Source of the DNA: an uncultured Fibrobacteria bacterium
GTDB taxonomy: Bacteria > Fibrobacterota > Fibrobacteria > UBA11236
Length of the DNA stretch: 64,000 bases
Reading direction: 5' to 3'
Assembly: GCA_963716395.1 (NCBI GenBank)
Contig: OY970309.1
Location: 32,001-96,000 of the forward strand
Every line of letters begins with the position of its first letter. The first letter of the stretch is position 1. Positions 30,533 through 39,131 of this stretch are shown piece after piece. The notes beneath the pieces are model-generated. The model had not been told where the DNA came from, made no database searches, and was given only the letters and a program-made list of their open reading frames with translations. The position numbers and the translations under genes were made by a program.

Positions 30533-30637
30533 TCAGTGCGCGTGATTCAGGGCGATGATGAGGATTGTGAATGCACCTACCACCCCAACCACCGCCACGA
30601 TAACCGAAAAACCGACTAGAATTTTATCCGCCCTCAT
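30533..30637 (-). CDS. Small single-pass membrane protein, 34 aa (not in the ORF track)
   Basis: MRADKILVGFSVIVAVVGVVGAFTILIIALNHAH*, preceded by an AAAGGTGA SD-like sequence. Confidence 0.6.
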   Translation of the reverse strand: MRADKILVGFSVIVAVVGVVGAFTILIIALNHAH

Positions 30638-30763
30638 AGAGGATTCACCTTTGCTGGTTGATGCGAACGCGCAGCAATTGCTCGTTCGATTTTTTTCCAA
30701 GCCAATTCAGCAACCATCTTCTGATGAGGTGCCTGCTGATTATTCTCGACTTCAGTCCTAGCA

Positions 30764-30793
30764 ATTTTAAGCACTGACCGGGAATTTTAGCAA
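30764..30793 (-). promoter_or_regulatory. Candidate sigma-70 promoter for the 34-aa ORF
   Basis: TTGCTA-N18-TAAAAT on the minus strand. Confidence 0.4.
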
Positions 30794-30999
30794 AGTCGCC
30801 GCCGAATTAAAAGCTGCCGCGTATTCCAGCGCTTCCAACCCGGCAGATTTCGCTTCGGCCATCCGGCCATAGCGAAATTAAGCCGGCCGCACTCTTGTGT
30901 CTCGGAAATGCGGAATTCCCCATTGCTTGAACTCGGTTCCAAATCGGTAGATCTCTTTCGGCGACGCCTAGACGCCCATTTGAAGATTGAAACCGTGGC

Positions 31000-31449
31000 T
31001 CATTTTTTCATCTCCTCCGCCTGAAGGGCCGCTTTGACCTTGGCCACGTCCGTGCCTTTTCCGGCCCCCTCGTAATGCGAGAGGTCTTCGTCGATTCCCA
31101 CCAAGCGGAAGCATTGACCTCCCGGCGCCTGGAAAAAAAGGTGTGGGGCCGGCACTTCCAGCTTTCTCGCGAGACCGGAGGCGAGAATTTTTCGGCCCAT
31201 CTCCGCGACATCGTCGGATTTGATCTCCAGCCAGATCGATCGTGCGGTCCGTATGAACTCGCCGGCATCGGGGACATCGCCATAGAGAAACACGATGAAA
31301 AAATTTTCTTCCAGGCGCAGGAAGTCCCGATCCGGTTCGGACTTCATGATCCTTCCGCCCAGAACTTCGCAATAAAATTTGTGAATTCCGTCGCGATCCT
31401 GGCGTGGAACCAGAACCGACGCATGATTTCCAAAAATCGCTTGTGCCAT
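31000..31449 (-). CDS. VOC/glyoxalase-like protein
   Basis: NHASVLV...FYCEVLGG...FFQAPGGQCFRL pattern; last gene of the ArsR-SRPBCC operon. Confidence 0.7.
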   Translation of the reverse strand: MAQAIFGNHASVLVPRQDRDGIHKFYCEVLGGRIMKSEPDRDFLRLEENFFIVFLYGDVPDAGEFIRTARSIWLEIKSDDVAEMGRKILASGLARKLEVPAPHLFFQAPGGQCFRLVGIDEDLSHYEGAGKGTDVAKVKAALQAEEMKK

Positions 31450-31451
31450 GG

Positions 31452-31928
31452 TTACTCCTTTTGGAAGGGGGTGTTTTCCGAGGAAAAGGGTTTGGGCAGA
31501 ACACTGGAGCCGGTTTCCAGCAGGGACTTCAGATTGGAGAGGACCATCGGCCAGGCCGCGGACACCGCCACAATGAATTGCGAGGGTTCCCGCGCATGGG
31601 TATGGGTGAGGCGCAGCCGAACCGCCGGACCATCACCTTCCAACTCCACCGTGCACAGCGACTCGCCTTCGGCCTTGAGTTCGGGCTTGTCCTGATGCCG
31701 CCAGCGGATCAACAACCGCCGCGGCGGCTCGGCCGCGACGATCTCGCCGGTGTCGGTGATGCGCCCATCCGGGTACGCCAAGTGCCACGAAGAACCCGGC
31801 GTCCACCGGCTTTCGCAGTGAACGCCGAACCAATACTTCTTCATCAACTCGCCGTCGGTCAACGCCGCCCACAGCGTCTCCGGCGTGGTGCGCACGTAGG
31901 TTACGTAGACAAAGGCCGATTGCGGCAT
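31452..31928 (-). CDS. SRPBCC (AHA1-like) domain protein
   Basis: FVYVTYVRTTPETLWAALTD, WPMVLSNLKSLLETG. Confidence 0.88.
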   Translation of the reverse strand: MPQSAFVYVTYVRTTPETLWAALTDGELMKKYWFGVHCESRWTPGSSWHLAYPDGRITDTGEIVAAEPPRRLLIRWRHQDKPELKAEGESLCTVELEGDGPAVRLRLTHTHAREPSQFIVAVSAAWPMVLSNLKSLLETGSSVLPKPFSSENTPFQKE

Positions 31929-31947
31929 CGGGTGGGTACCTCCGTGA

Positions 31948-32412
31948 TTAGGGTTTCTCCGGCGGATGCGCCTCTTCCCAGCGGTATTGCTTCCGCGAAC
32001 CGTTTCCAAATTGTTCCAGAAAGATTCCCAGGAAGTAGTTCCAGCCATTCTCGTGCGATCTCCCGCCGTCGCTGTCGGGGAGGCCGGAGTGAAGAAGGGT
32101 CATCAACGTGTCTTCCCCCTGTTTCCGAAAGGTCAGGGTCACCGTGGATTCCTCGCCCAAGGTGTTGGGTGAAACCCAGGTATGCTGGATTTGCCCCGGT
32201 CGCTCCACTTGCGTGAAGCGGCCGTAATGCGAGGTCCCCATCATCCGCCAGTAGAAGAGCCCGTCTACCTCCGGATGCAAAATGAGTTTTTCCCCCTCAT
32301 GCCAGGGAGTGCCGGGGACCTTGGGGTTCAACCACGCATCGAAAACCTCGTCCGGCGGAGCGGGGATGGTGCGTTCCAACTTCAACTCAATGGTCTTCTT
32401 TTCGTTCTTCAT
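31948..32412 (-). CDS. SRPBCC (AHA1-like) domain protein
   Basis: LERTIPAPPDEVFDAW, TLLHSGLPD, HENGWNYFL; AGGAG RBS. Confidence 0.88.
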   Translation of the reverse strand: MKNEKKTIELKLERTIPAPPDEVFDAWLNPKVPGTPWHEGEKLILHPEVDGLFYWRMMGTSHYGRFTQVERPGQIQHTWVSPNTLGEESTVTLTFRKQGEDTLMTLLHSGLPDSDGGRSHENGWNYFLGIFLEQFGNGSRKQYRWEEAHPPEKP

Positions 32413-32752
32413 GACTTCTTCTCCTTTTTTTCTTTTTCTTTTTCTCTTCCCGGAAATATTGTTCGAACCGGTCGAGGCGTTCGTTCCAGAAACGTTCGTA
32501 CCCATGCACCCAACCGGCCACCTCCCGCAGCGGCTCACCCCGGAACGAGATGAAGACCTCGCGTCCCTGCTTTCTACGCTCGATGAGGTTCGCCCTTTCG
32601 AGCAACTTCAAATGTTTGGTCACCGCATTAAGTGCGGTGTCAAACGGCTTCGCAACCTCGAGGAAGCGCGCAGGACCGTTGGCGAGCTGCCCGATAATCG
32701 CCCGTCGCGTCGGGTGGGAAATGGCGGTCAGAACCTTCGTGAGCTGGTCCAT
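32387..32752 (-). CDS. ArsR/SmtB family transcriptional regulator
   Basis: AISHPTRRAII, AVTKHLKLLERANLI, FWNERLDRF; heads an SRPBCC operon. Confidence 0.9.
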   Translation of the reverse strand: MDQLTKVLTAISHPTRRAIIGQLANGPARFLEVAKPFDTALNAVTKHLKLLERANLIERRKQGREVFISFRGEPLREVAGWVHGYERFWNERLDRFEQYFREEKKKKKKRRRSHEERKEDH

Positions 32753-32759
32753 GCCCATT

Positions 32760-32788
32760 ATTATACCTAAAGGTGTAATGATTGGCAA
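32760..32788 (-). promoter_or_regulatory. Sigma-70 promoter with overlapping palindromic ArsR operator
   Basis: TTGCCA-N17-TATAAT on the minus strand. Inverted repeat ATTATACCT-AA-AGGTGTAAT (32760-32779). Confidence 0.78.
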
Positions 32789-32924
32789 GCGGATTTTCGG
32801 GTCGCGACAGCAAAAAAAATGATACGCGGGACGGAAGGACTCTTGGTTTTTTTGCCGACTTCCGGCGGCAGCGGCGGCGCCGTCTATATTAATGGAATCC
32901 TAGAGACGGGCGAAAGCGATTCGT

Positions 32925-33653
32925 ATGGCGTACCGATATTTGCTGACCGGCCTCGGAATCATCACCGGCTTGTTCTCCACCGGATTTTCCAAGGTGCTGC
33001 TCACCATTCCCGGCTATACCGTCACCTACCCCAAGGGAAAAATCGGCGGCAAAAGCGCCGAAGGTTTGCCCGGCAATTACGTCGGCCTGCCGCCGGCGCA
33101 TGCGTATTACCTCGACTACCGGGTGTATTTCACCGGTGGATTCGCTTGGGTCAAAGGCGGCAAGCTGCCCGGTCTCGTCGGCGGCACGCATACTTCCGGT
33201 TGCAAGGCCGCTTCCCCGGGCGGCTGGAGCGCGCGCTGCATGTGGCGCCGGGGCGGCTGGGGCGAAGTCTATTTATACGATCAGAATCGGGTGAACCGTT
33301 GCGGCGACGATTACCCCTTTCCCGCTCCCGGCACCTTTGCCGTCGCGCACTGGAACCGCATCACCGAACATGTGGTCGTTAATACGCCCGGCCGGAAAGA
33401 CGGGAAAATCGAAGCGTGGCTGAACGGGGTGCTCCAAGACACCTTGAACAACGTCGAATTGCGCGGCGACGTGGGCGCCGACGTGGCTCTGGTCGACCAG
33501 GTCAGCCTGGAGACTTTTTACGGCGGCGGCAACCCCTCTTGGGCGCCGCCGCAGGATATGCAGGCGCAATTCAGCGCCTTCTACGTCCGCGACGACCTTC
33601 CCGATTTTTCCCGGCCCTTCGGATACGATGCTCCGGCGGCTTCGGCCCGCTGA
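32925..33653 (+). CDS. Polysaccharide lyase family 14-like protein
   Basis: Signal-like N-terminus; F.WVKGGKLPGLVGG, WSARCMWR, VNTPGRKDG...WLNG, TFYGG...W. Confidence 0.75.
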   Translation: MAYRYLLTGLGIITGLFSTGFSKVLLTIPGYTVTYPKGKIGGKSAEGLPGNYVGLPPAHAYYLDYRVYFTGGFAWVKGGKLPGLVGGTHTSGCKAASPGGWSARCMWRRGGWGEVYLYDQNRVNRCGDDYPFPAPGTFAVAHWNRITEHVVVNTPGRKDGKIEAWLNGVLQDTLNNVELRGDVGADVALVDQVSLETFYGGGNPSWAPPQDMQAQFSAFYVRDDLPDFSRPFGYDAPAASAR

Positions 33654-33685
33654 CAAGGTGGCTGGGGGCTACGATACCCCAACCA

Positions 33686-34213
33686 TCAGCCCGTGATATT
33701 GAGCACGGTTCCGGTCGTTCCCGTCGGGAGCGGATCGTTGGCGCTCAGAAACGGATCGGCGGAACTGTTGGATGGGTCGGAGGAAGATCCCGATGTGGAT
33801 TGGCTTGCATCCGAAGAGCCGTCGGTCTCCGAAGTGCCATCGGTCGACGCGGTGCTGGCGGACGAGGATTGCGATCCGCCGTGATGGTGATGGTGGTGGT
33901 GCCCGCTGCGCAGGGCAGAAAAAGCTTGCTGGGCCTGGGAAAGATTTCCTGCTTGCAAGGCCTGCCCCAATTGCGCCAACGGGCTGGTGGAACTGGACTG
34001 CGAAGAGGATTGCGAAGAGGAACTGGATTGCGAAGCCGCGCCGGTTCCGGAAGAAGTCAGCGCGGAAAAGGCCTGCTGCGCGGCGCTCAGATCGCCCGAC
34101 TGCAGCGCCTGCGACAAAGCGCTGAAGTTCTGTTGCTGCTGCTGCCATGCGGCCGTGTTGGGATTGGGGTAGACGCTGCTTGAAGTGGATGTTCCGTCGA
34201 TGGCCATGCTCAT
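33686..34213 (-). CDS. Ser/Gln-rich protein with a duplicated helical motif and a His7 tract
   Basis: AGGAGG RBS. Repeats FSALSQALQSGDLSAAQQAFSAL / LAQLGQALQAGNLSQAQQAFSAL, GHHHHHHHGG, C-terminal GTVLNITG. Confidence 0.78.
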   Translation of the reverse strand: MSMAIDGTSTSSSVYPNPNTAAWQQQQQNFSALSQALQSGDLSAAQQAFSALTSSGTGAASQSSSSSQSSSQSSSTSPLAQLGQALQAGNLSQAQQAFSALRSGHHHHHHHGGSQSSSASTASTDGTSETDGSSDASQSTSGSSSDPSNSSADPFLSANDPLPTGTTGTVLNITG

Positions 34214-34267
34214 GTTGTCCTCCTGGTTGCGAACGGCGCGCCCTCGTTCTTCGCGCCTTCTCCAATA

Positions 34268-34294
34268 TTATCGGCGAACGCGGAGACGGCTTGA
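34268..34294 (-). promoter_or_regulatory. Sigma-28 (FliA-type) promoter
   Basis: TCAA-N15-GCCGATAA on the minus strand, about 55 nt upstream of the 34213 start. Confidence 0.75.
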
Positions 34295-34452
34295 GAAGTA
34301 TTCATTTGTAACGGTAACCCAGTTGCATGCGTTCACGGAAACGCGCTTCCATCACCCCACACTTCAAAAATTGGTTCCGGAATGACTTGATTTGTTACGT
34401 ATCTTTAATGTTACGTTCGGGAATTTTCCTTCCCTCTCCCAGAACCGGACCT

Positions 34453-35277
34453 TCAATCGTCGATATCGATGGTCCCCGAAGCCTGCACGTTCATCCGTAG
34501 TTTGAGACCGGCGCCGGAGCAGGCCGTGTCGCCGCGCACCTCCACCCGGCCGGCCGTATCGACCGGCACGCCGGGAGTGTCGAGGCAGTGCGCGAGATCG
34601 ACATCGCGGAACCATCCGTCGACATTGACGGGCAGCACGACTTGGTTCAACACGCCGGCTTGAATGGCCACGCTGTCCGGCGTCTGAAAATCGATGCTGT
34701 CGCTGATGGCCATGCGGATGATGAAGGTCCGGCCCGCGGAATCGGCCGGGCCCAAATGCCCCAGCAACAGCAGGTTTTGAAAATCGGGATAGGCCGTCGA
34801 ATCCTGGCCCGGGAATCGGCCGTAGTTCGCAAGGTCGACCCCCACGAAGCCATAGACTCCGGCGGGAATGCGCAACACCTGGGGCGTGGGCGCCGGCGTA
34901 TTCGGAATGAAGTCGGTGACGAAGGAACGGTTCGACAGCAGACGCTCCTGGATGCAATCCGGAAGCGTGTCGGAACAAACCAAGGTGACGGGAAGTTCGA
35001 ACTCGTAATCGAGCACCCAAGCCTGGATGGAGGTCAGCGTCACGGCCTCGCCCGTCGAATCCGAAAGCGTCAGGCTGCCGTCGGGATTGACGCGCAACGC
35101 CGCCGCGGGCTTGCCGATGGCCGCGGCGGCGGCGGTGGAATTCGCCTGGATGGTGACCACCACGTCGGCAAAGGGAGGGTTGCCCGCGCCCGCACCGCCG
35201 TTGGCGACGTTGTCGTTGATGCACCCGGCCCCGACCAAAACGGCCAGGGGAAGAATCCGCCGCGCGATTTTAACCAT
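34453..35277 (-). CDS. Hypothetical lipoprotein coupled to the TIGR02147-like gene
   Basis: Lipobox LVGAG-C; start overlaps the upstream gene's stop. Confidence 0.72.
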   Translation of the reverse strand: MVKIARRILPLAVLVGAGCINDNVANGGAGAGNPPFADVVVTIQANSTAAAAAIGKPAAALRVNPDGSLTLSDSTGEAVTLTSIQAWVLDYEFELPVTLVCSDTLPDCIQERLLSNRSFVTDFIPNTPAPTPQVLRIPAGVYGFVGVDLANYGRFPGQDSTAYPDFQNLLLLGHLGPADSAGRTFIIRMAISDSIDFQTPDSVAIQAGVLNQVVLPVNVDGWFRDVDLAHCLDTPGVPVDTAGRVEVRGDTACSGAGLKLRMNVQASGTIDIDD

Positions 35278-36124
35278 GATCTTTGGTATCCTCTTTCACC
35301 AGCGGAAACAATTGCATGTTCACCTGATACACGGTGTCGGCGTCTTCGATTTGTCCGGCGAAGTCGAGCACCGCATTCCAGAAGTTTTCCATACGCGACT
35401 TCAATTCCGGAATCGCGGCCCGGGAAACGCCCAAGGTCACGGAACGGATGTCGCGATCTTCCGGGACGAAATCGCGCATGGCAGATTGGGCCAAACGCAG
35501 CGCCGCCTCATGGTAAGTCCGCAGACCGGCGTACGAGGCTTCGGACGCCGTACGCACCACCGGATCGGCCAGTCGCCAACGCCCGGCCTCGGCGTCCCAC
35601 ACGATAAGTCCGGCGCCGTGCAGCCAATCGCGCGCCTGCTCGGCCTGCGCCGGAGTGATGCGCGGGAAAATGCGTTCGGCGATCCAGTTGATGTCGCCGG
35701 TATACTCCCGGTGCACCAGGAGTTCGCGCACCACGGGAACATACCATTGGCTGAAAAAATCATGTTGATCTTTTTCCAGGGCTTTGATGGAGGTACAGCG
35801 CTTGTTCCCGGAAATCTTCTGGTAGAAAAGATTTTTTTCGTCGGGACTGCGCGCCTGATCGTAACCCACCAGGCACCGGAAAAACTCGGTTTCTTCTTTA
35901 TTGAGCTTGAGCGCCTTGGCCGTGGCGATGGTGCGGGTCGAATTCAGACTGCGCTTGCCCTGGATCACCATCTGCAGAAAGTTGGGCGAGGTGTAGCCGG
36001 CGCGGCCGGCAAAATACCGGTAGGAAAGCCGGGGCGAGGCGGCCTTGAGCGCGGCGAAGGCATCGCGCAGAAAAACCCGATACTCGAGATAGGCGAAGAT
36101 GTCGGGTTTATTGACGACGGCCAT
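35270..36124 (-). CDS. TIGR02147/DUF4423-like HTH regulator (Fibrobacter paralogous family)
   Basis: IFAYLEYRVFLRD, LSYRYFAGRAGYTSPNFL..VIQGKRSL, FFSQWYVPVVREL, VYQVNMQLFPL. Confidence 0.88.
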   Translation of the reverse strand: MAVVNKPDIFAYLEYRVFLRDAFAALKAASPRLSYRYFAGRAGYTSPNFLQMVIQGKRSLNSTRTIATAKALKLNKEETEFFRCLVGYDQARSPDEKNLFYQKISGNKRCTSIKALEKDQHDFFSQWYVPVVRELLVHREYTGDINWIAERIFPRITPAQAEQARDWLHGAGLIVWDAEAGRWRLADPVVRTASEASYAGLRTYHEAALRLAQSAMRDFVPEDRDIRSVTLGVSRAAIPELKSRMENFWNAVLDFAGQIEDADTVYQVNMQLFPLVKEDTKDHG

Positions 36125-36515
36125 GCTGCTTTTTTCCGCGGCTCCTGCACAGATTCCCGGCTTTCATGTATACAAATTCATTGGCCCGCGACCTGTTTCC
36201 GATCCGATGGAATGGCACCGAAAGACAGGCTTGCACAAACAAATGAAGCAAAATCGGTTCGTTTGCCGTTTTGTCCCGACGCGTCCGGCGCCGCCCGGTT
36301 GACTTGCAGGTATCCCCGGCGCTTCCCTGCGGCGATCCTCTCAACCGGGCCGCAGGCACGGTCGACGTACTCCCAGGATTGTGCCGCACCACCGGCATTA
36401 TTACATTGCCGCGACACCAAAACCCCAAGGCCGTTTTCCCTGCTCGCGCCGGTTTTTGCCTAACCCGAATGAGATTTCCAACCCGCTTTTTGGAATTTCC
36501 CCAGTCCAAATTCGC

Positions 36516-38948
36516 ATGCCCGCCGAACCCACTGCCAACGCCGGACGCGTGACGGCGCCGCCGCCGGGTTCGCCCCGGCGTTTCTGGAGCGTCGGGGCCC
36601 GGCTGGCCGCAGGATTCCTGTTTCTCGTCTTGCTGATCTTTTTGTGGGGCTTTCAGATTCTGCGTTCGCTGCACTATGACATCGTGCGCGCTTCCGCCAC
36701 CTGGTCTTGTGCCTCCGCCCTTCCATCTTCGGGCCGCCTGCGGGTGTTCTCGGCCCTGCCTCCGGAGAACCGCGCCACGGCCGACCCGGCCCGGGCGCGA
36801 CCCGCCACCTTTCACATCTGGGCCCATCACCTCCCCCCCGCCCGTCCTGGGAAACCGGAAAGTTACGTGATGCGCATCGGGGCCCGCACGTTCACGATCT
36901 CCGCACGCTCCGACAGCCGCGGCCGGCCTGTGTGGCGGGCTTCCGGCGGAGCCGAGCCCGGCGCCCGTTTCGCCTACTTCGTTTTTCTCGCCGGCACCAA
37001 CCTCACCAAGGATTGGGCCCAGGGCGAATCCCTGCCCAACTTCATCATTTTGAATTGGGCCGACCTCCGCGGCTATTTGCTGCATTCCTTCACCCTCGCG
37101 GATTTCGTGTTGGCGCTGGCAGGGGCCCTGCTGCTGGTGGCCTTCATCCGCTACTGGAGGCTGCACTTCCGCGCGCTGCTGCCCCCGCCGCGCCGCCGAC
37201 CCGACGCCCGCTGGTTCGTCCGGCACGGGGGCTGGGCAGCCGTCATTTTCCTGCTGTATTGGATTCCGTTATTCCACAATATCGTGCTGCTGTATTTCGC
37301 CGGGGTGGCGCTCGGCCTGCAGGCCGCGCGCAGTCTCTGGCGGCAAAATCCCCACGCGCGCCCATGGAATCCCAAAACTGTCACGATTTTGCTGATGATT
37401 GGAGCGGCAGCCTTCGCCTTGCGCGCCTTTAAAGCCGATTGGGGCTTTCCCCTCCAGCTCTACACCGATGAAAACGCCATCACCAGCTTTCCGCCGCGCA
37501 TGGCCGCGCGCAATTCCCTCGACCCCATCGACTTCGAAAGACCCAACCACGGCAGCATTTATCTGAACTCCATTCTGTACGGCTTGGCCAGCCGACTGCG
37601 CTTCCACCGTCCCTTGCAGGATACCTTCGCGGATCACGTTCTGTTTTACCATTGGCTTTCGCGCCTGGCGGTGGCGGTGCTGGGCGTCTGGCTGGTGTGG
37701 GTCGCCTATCTGGTGGGCGCCGAATTCCACCGCGGCTTCGGCCTCTGGGCGGCGCTCCTGTTCACCCTCTTTCCCCAATTCGTGCAGTATTCGCATTATG
37801 TCACACCCGACATTTCCATGACCTTGGCGCTGCTGGGAACCGTGCTGTTTGCGCTGCGTTACCAACGCGCCCCCACTACGGCCAACTTGCTGTACGCCTG
37901 CGCCTGCGCGGCCGGAGCCACGGCGGAAAAATATCCCGGCGTGCTGGCGCTGTCGGCCTTGCTGGCGGCCGCGGCGTGGGCGCATGCCCGGGATGGAAAG
38001 CGTCTGCTCCTCGTCGCGGTGCGGGCCGCATCGGCCTATCTCGGCTTTTTGTTTTTGTTCGCGCCCTACCTCTTTTTGCATCCCCATCTGGTGCTACTGA
38101 ACCTGATTTCCGAATCGCGTCCCACCCATGCCGGGCAGGACGGATTGGGATTGTGGGGCAATCTCCTCTATTACGTGCACACCTACGCCGATTCCACTTC
38201 CCTGCTGCTGGCTGCGTTCGCGCTGGTCGGCGGCGTGGCTCTCGTACGTCAGTGGCGCCGCAGCTTTCCCCTGCTCGTGGGGCTCGTGTATTGGATTCTG
38301 CTCAGCGATTTGCCCCTGCACTGGGACCGCTGGGATATCCCCATGGTGGTGACCCCGCTATTGCTGGCGGCCTACGGCATGCATTGCCTGTGGGAACTCG
38401 GCGGGCGAAGCGCGCCGGCGCCCGGCCGACTGACGCGCGCCGCCGTGGCCGTGCTGGCCTTGGCGGCCTGCGTCGACCTGGGCCTCAAAGACGCGGTACT
38501 GCTCGCCGATTTCGCCTCGCCCGACACGCGCTGGATCGGCGTCGCGAAATTGGATTCCCTGGGCGTGAACCGGGAGAACGCCTTATCGGACCAGTACACC
38601 CCTTTGAATCCCATTTGGAAAAACGGCTTCGACTTCATCGCGGCCTACCACGATTCCACGGCCACGCAAGACCGCAAATATGCGGTGGTGTCGAGCGATT
38701 TTTACGGCCGTTTTTTCCGGCAACCCGAAAAATATTCCGCCGAGGTGAATTTTTACCGCACGCTGTTCCGCGCGCCCGAGGTTTTGGATCTGAAGCCGAA
38801 CCCCATGCCCGAACGGTTCGCGTCTTTCAACGACTTCGCCAATCTACGCCGCGCCGCGCCGGCCTGGCGCGATTACACCGCGCAGCACGCCGAATTTTCC
38901 GTGGGGCCCGAAATCCGCGTGTTCCGAATCGCTGCCGCGCCGCAGTGA
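36516..38948 (+). CDS. GT-C fold membrane glycosyltransferase (ArnT/PMT_2-like)
   Basis: Many TM helices; YTDE acidic loop motif, YSHYVTPD, ATAEKYPG. Confidence 0.78.
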   Translation: MPAEPTANAGRVTAPPPGSPRRFWSVGARLAAGFLFLVLLIFLWGFQILRSLHYDIVRASATWSCASALPSSGRLRVFSALPPENRATADPARARPATFHIWAHHLPPARPGKPESYVMRIGARTFTISARSDSRGRPVWRASGGAEPGARFAYFVFLAGTNLTKDWAQGESLPNFIILNWADLRGYLLHSFTLADFVLALAGALLLVAFIRYWRLHFRALLPPPRRRPDARWFVRHGGWAAVIFLLYWIPLFHNIVLLYFAGVALGLQAARSLWRQNPHARPWNPKTVTILLMIGAAAFALRAFKADWGFPLQLYTDENAITSFPPRMAARNSLDPIDFERPNHGSIYLNSILYGLASRLRFHRPLQDTFADHVLFYHWLSRLAVAVLGVWLVWVAYLVGAEFHRGFGLWAALLFTLFPQFVQYSHYVTPDISMTLALLGTVLFALRYQRAPTTANLLYACACAAGATAEKYPGVLALSALLAAAAWAHARDGKRLLLVAVRAASAYLGFLFLFAPYLFLHPHLVLLNLISESRPTHAGQDGLGLWGNLLYYVHTYADSTSLLLAAFALVGGVALVRQWRRSFPLLVGLVYWILLSDLPLHWDRWDIPMVVTPLLLAAYGMHCLWELGGRSAPAPGRLTRAAVAVLALAACVDLGLKDAVLLADFASPDTRWIGVAKLDSLGVNRENALSDQYTPLNPIWKNGFDFIAAYHDSTATQDRKYAVVSSDFYGRFFRQPEKYSAEVNFYRTLFRAPEVLDLKPNPMPERFASFNDFANLRRAAPAWRDYTAQHAEFSVGPEIRVFRIAAAPQ

Positions 38949-39131
38949 GGCCAGCGGGGAAGACCTTGATCGCGGTTCCGCTTTGCCCCCGCGTGCGGGA
39001 GGCCTGGGCCGCGGTGTAACCGGGGGTATGGTTTTCCGAGCCGCACCGGCATGGGCCGCCGTCAATTCTATTATTAACCCCTTCACCCAAAACCCGTTCC
39101 GGGAGCCGGCGCGCATTCCCTGCCTCAGGAA

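Noticed and set aside
30555-30761. 68-aa plus-strand ORF
   Set aside because: It has no recognisable features; the opposite-strand 34-aa ORF has better SD, promoter and hydrophobic-helix support.
32387-32450. Poly-Lys ArsR tail / purine run as a phase-variation or frameshift site
   Set aside because: It is explained by a purine-rich RBS region overlapping the next gene; both frames are intact and the homopolymer is short.
33990-34040. Short tandem repeats (gattgcgaagagg) as a CRISPR or VNTR
   Set aside because: They simply encode the SQSSS low-complexity linker; there is no repeat-spacer structure.
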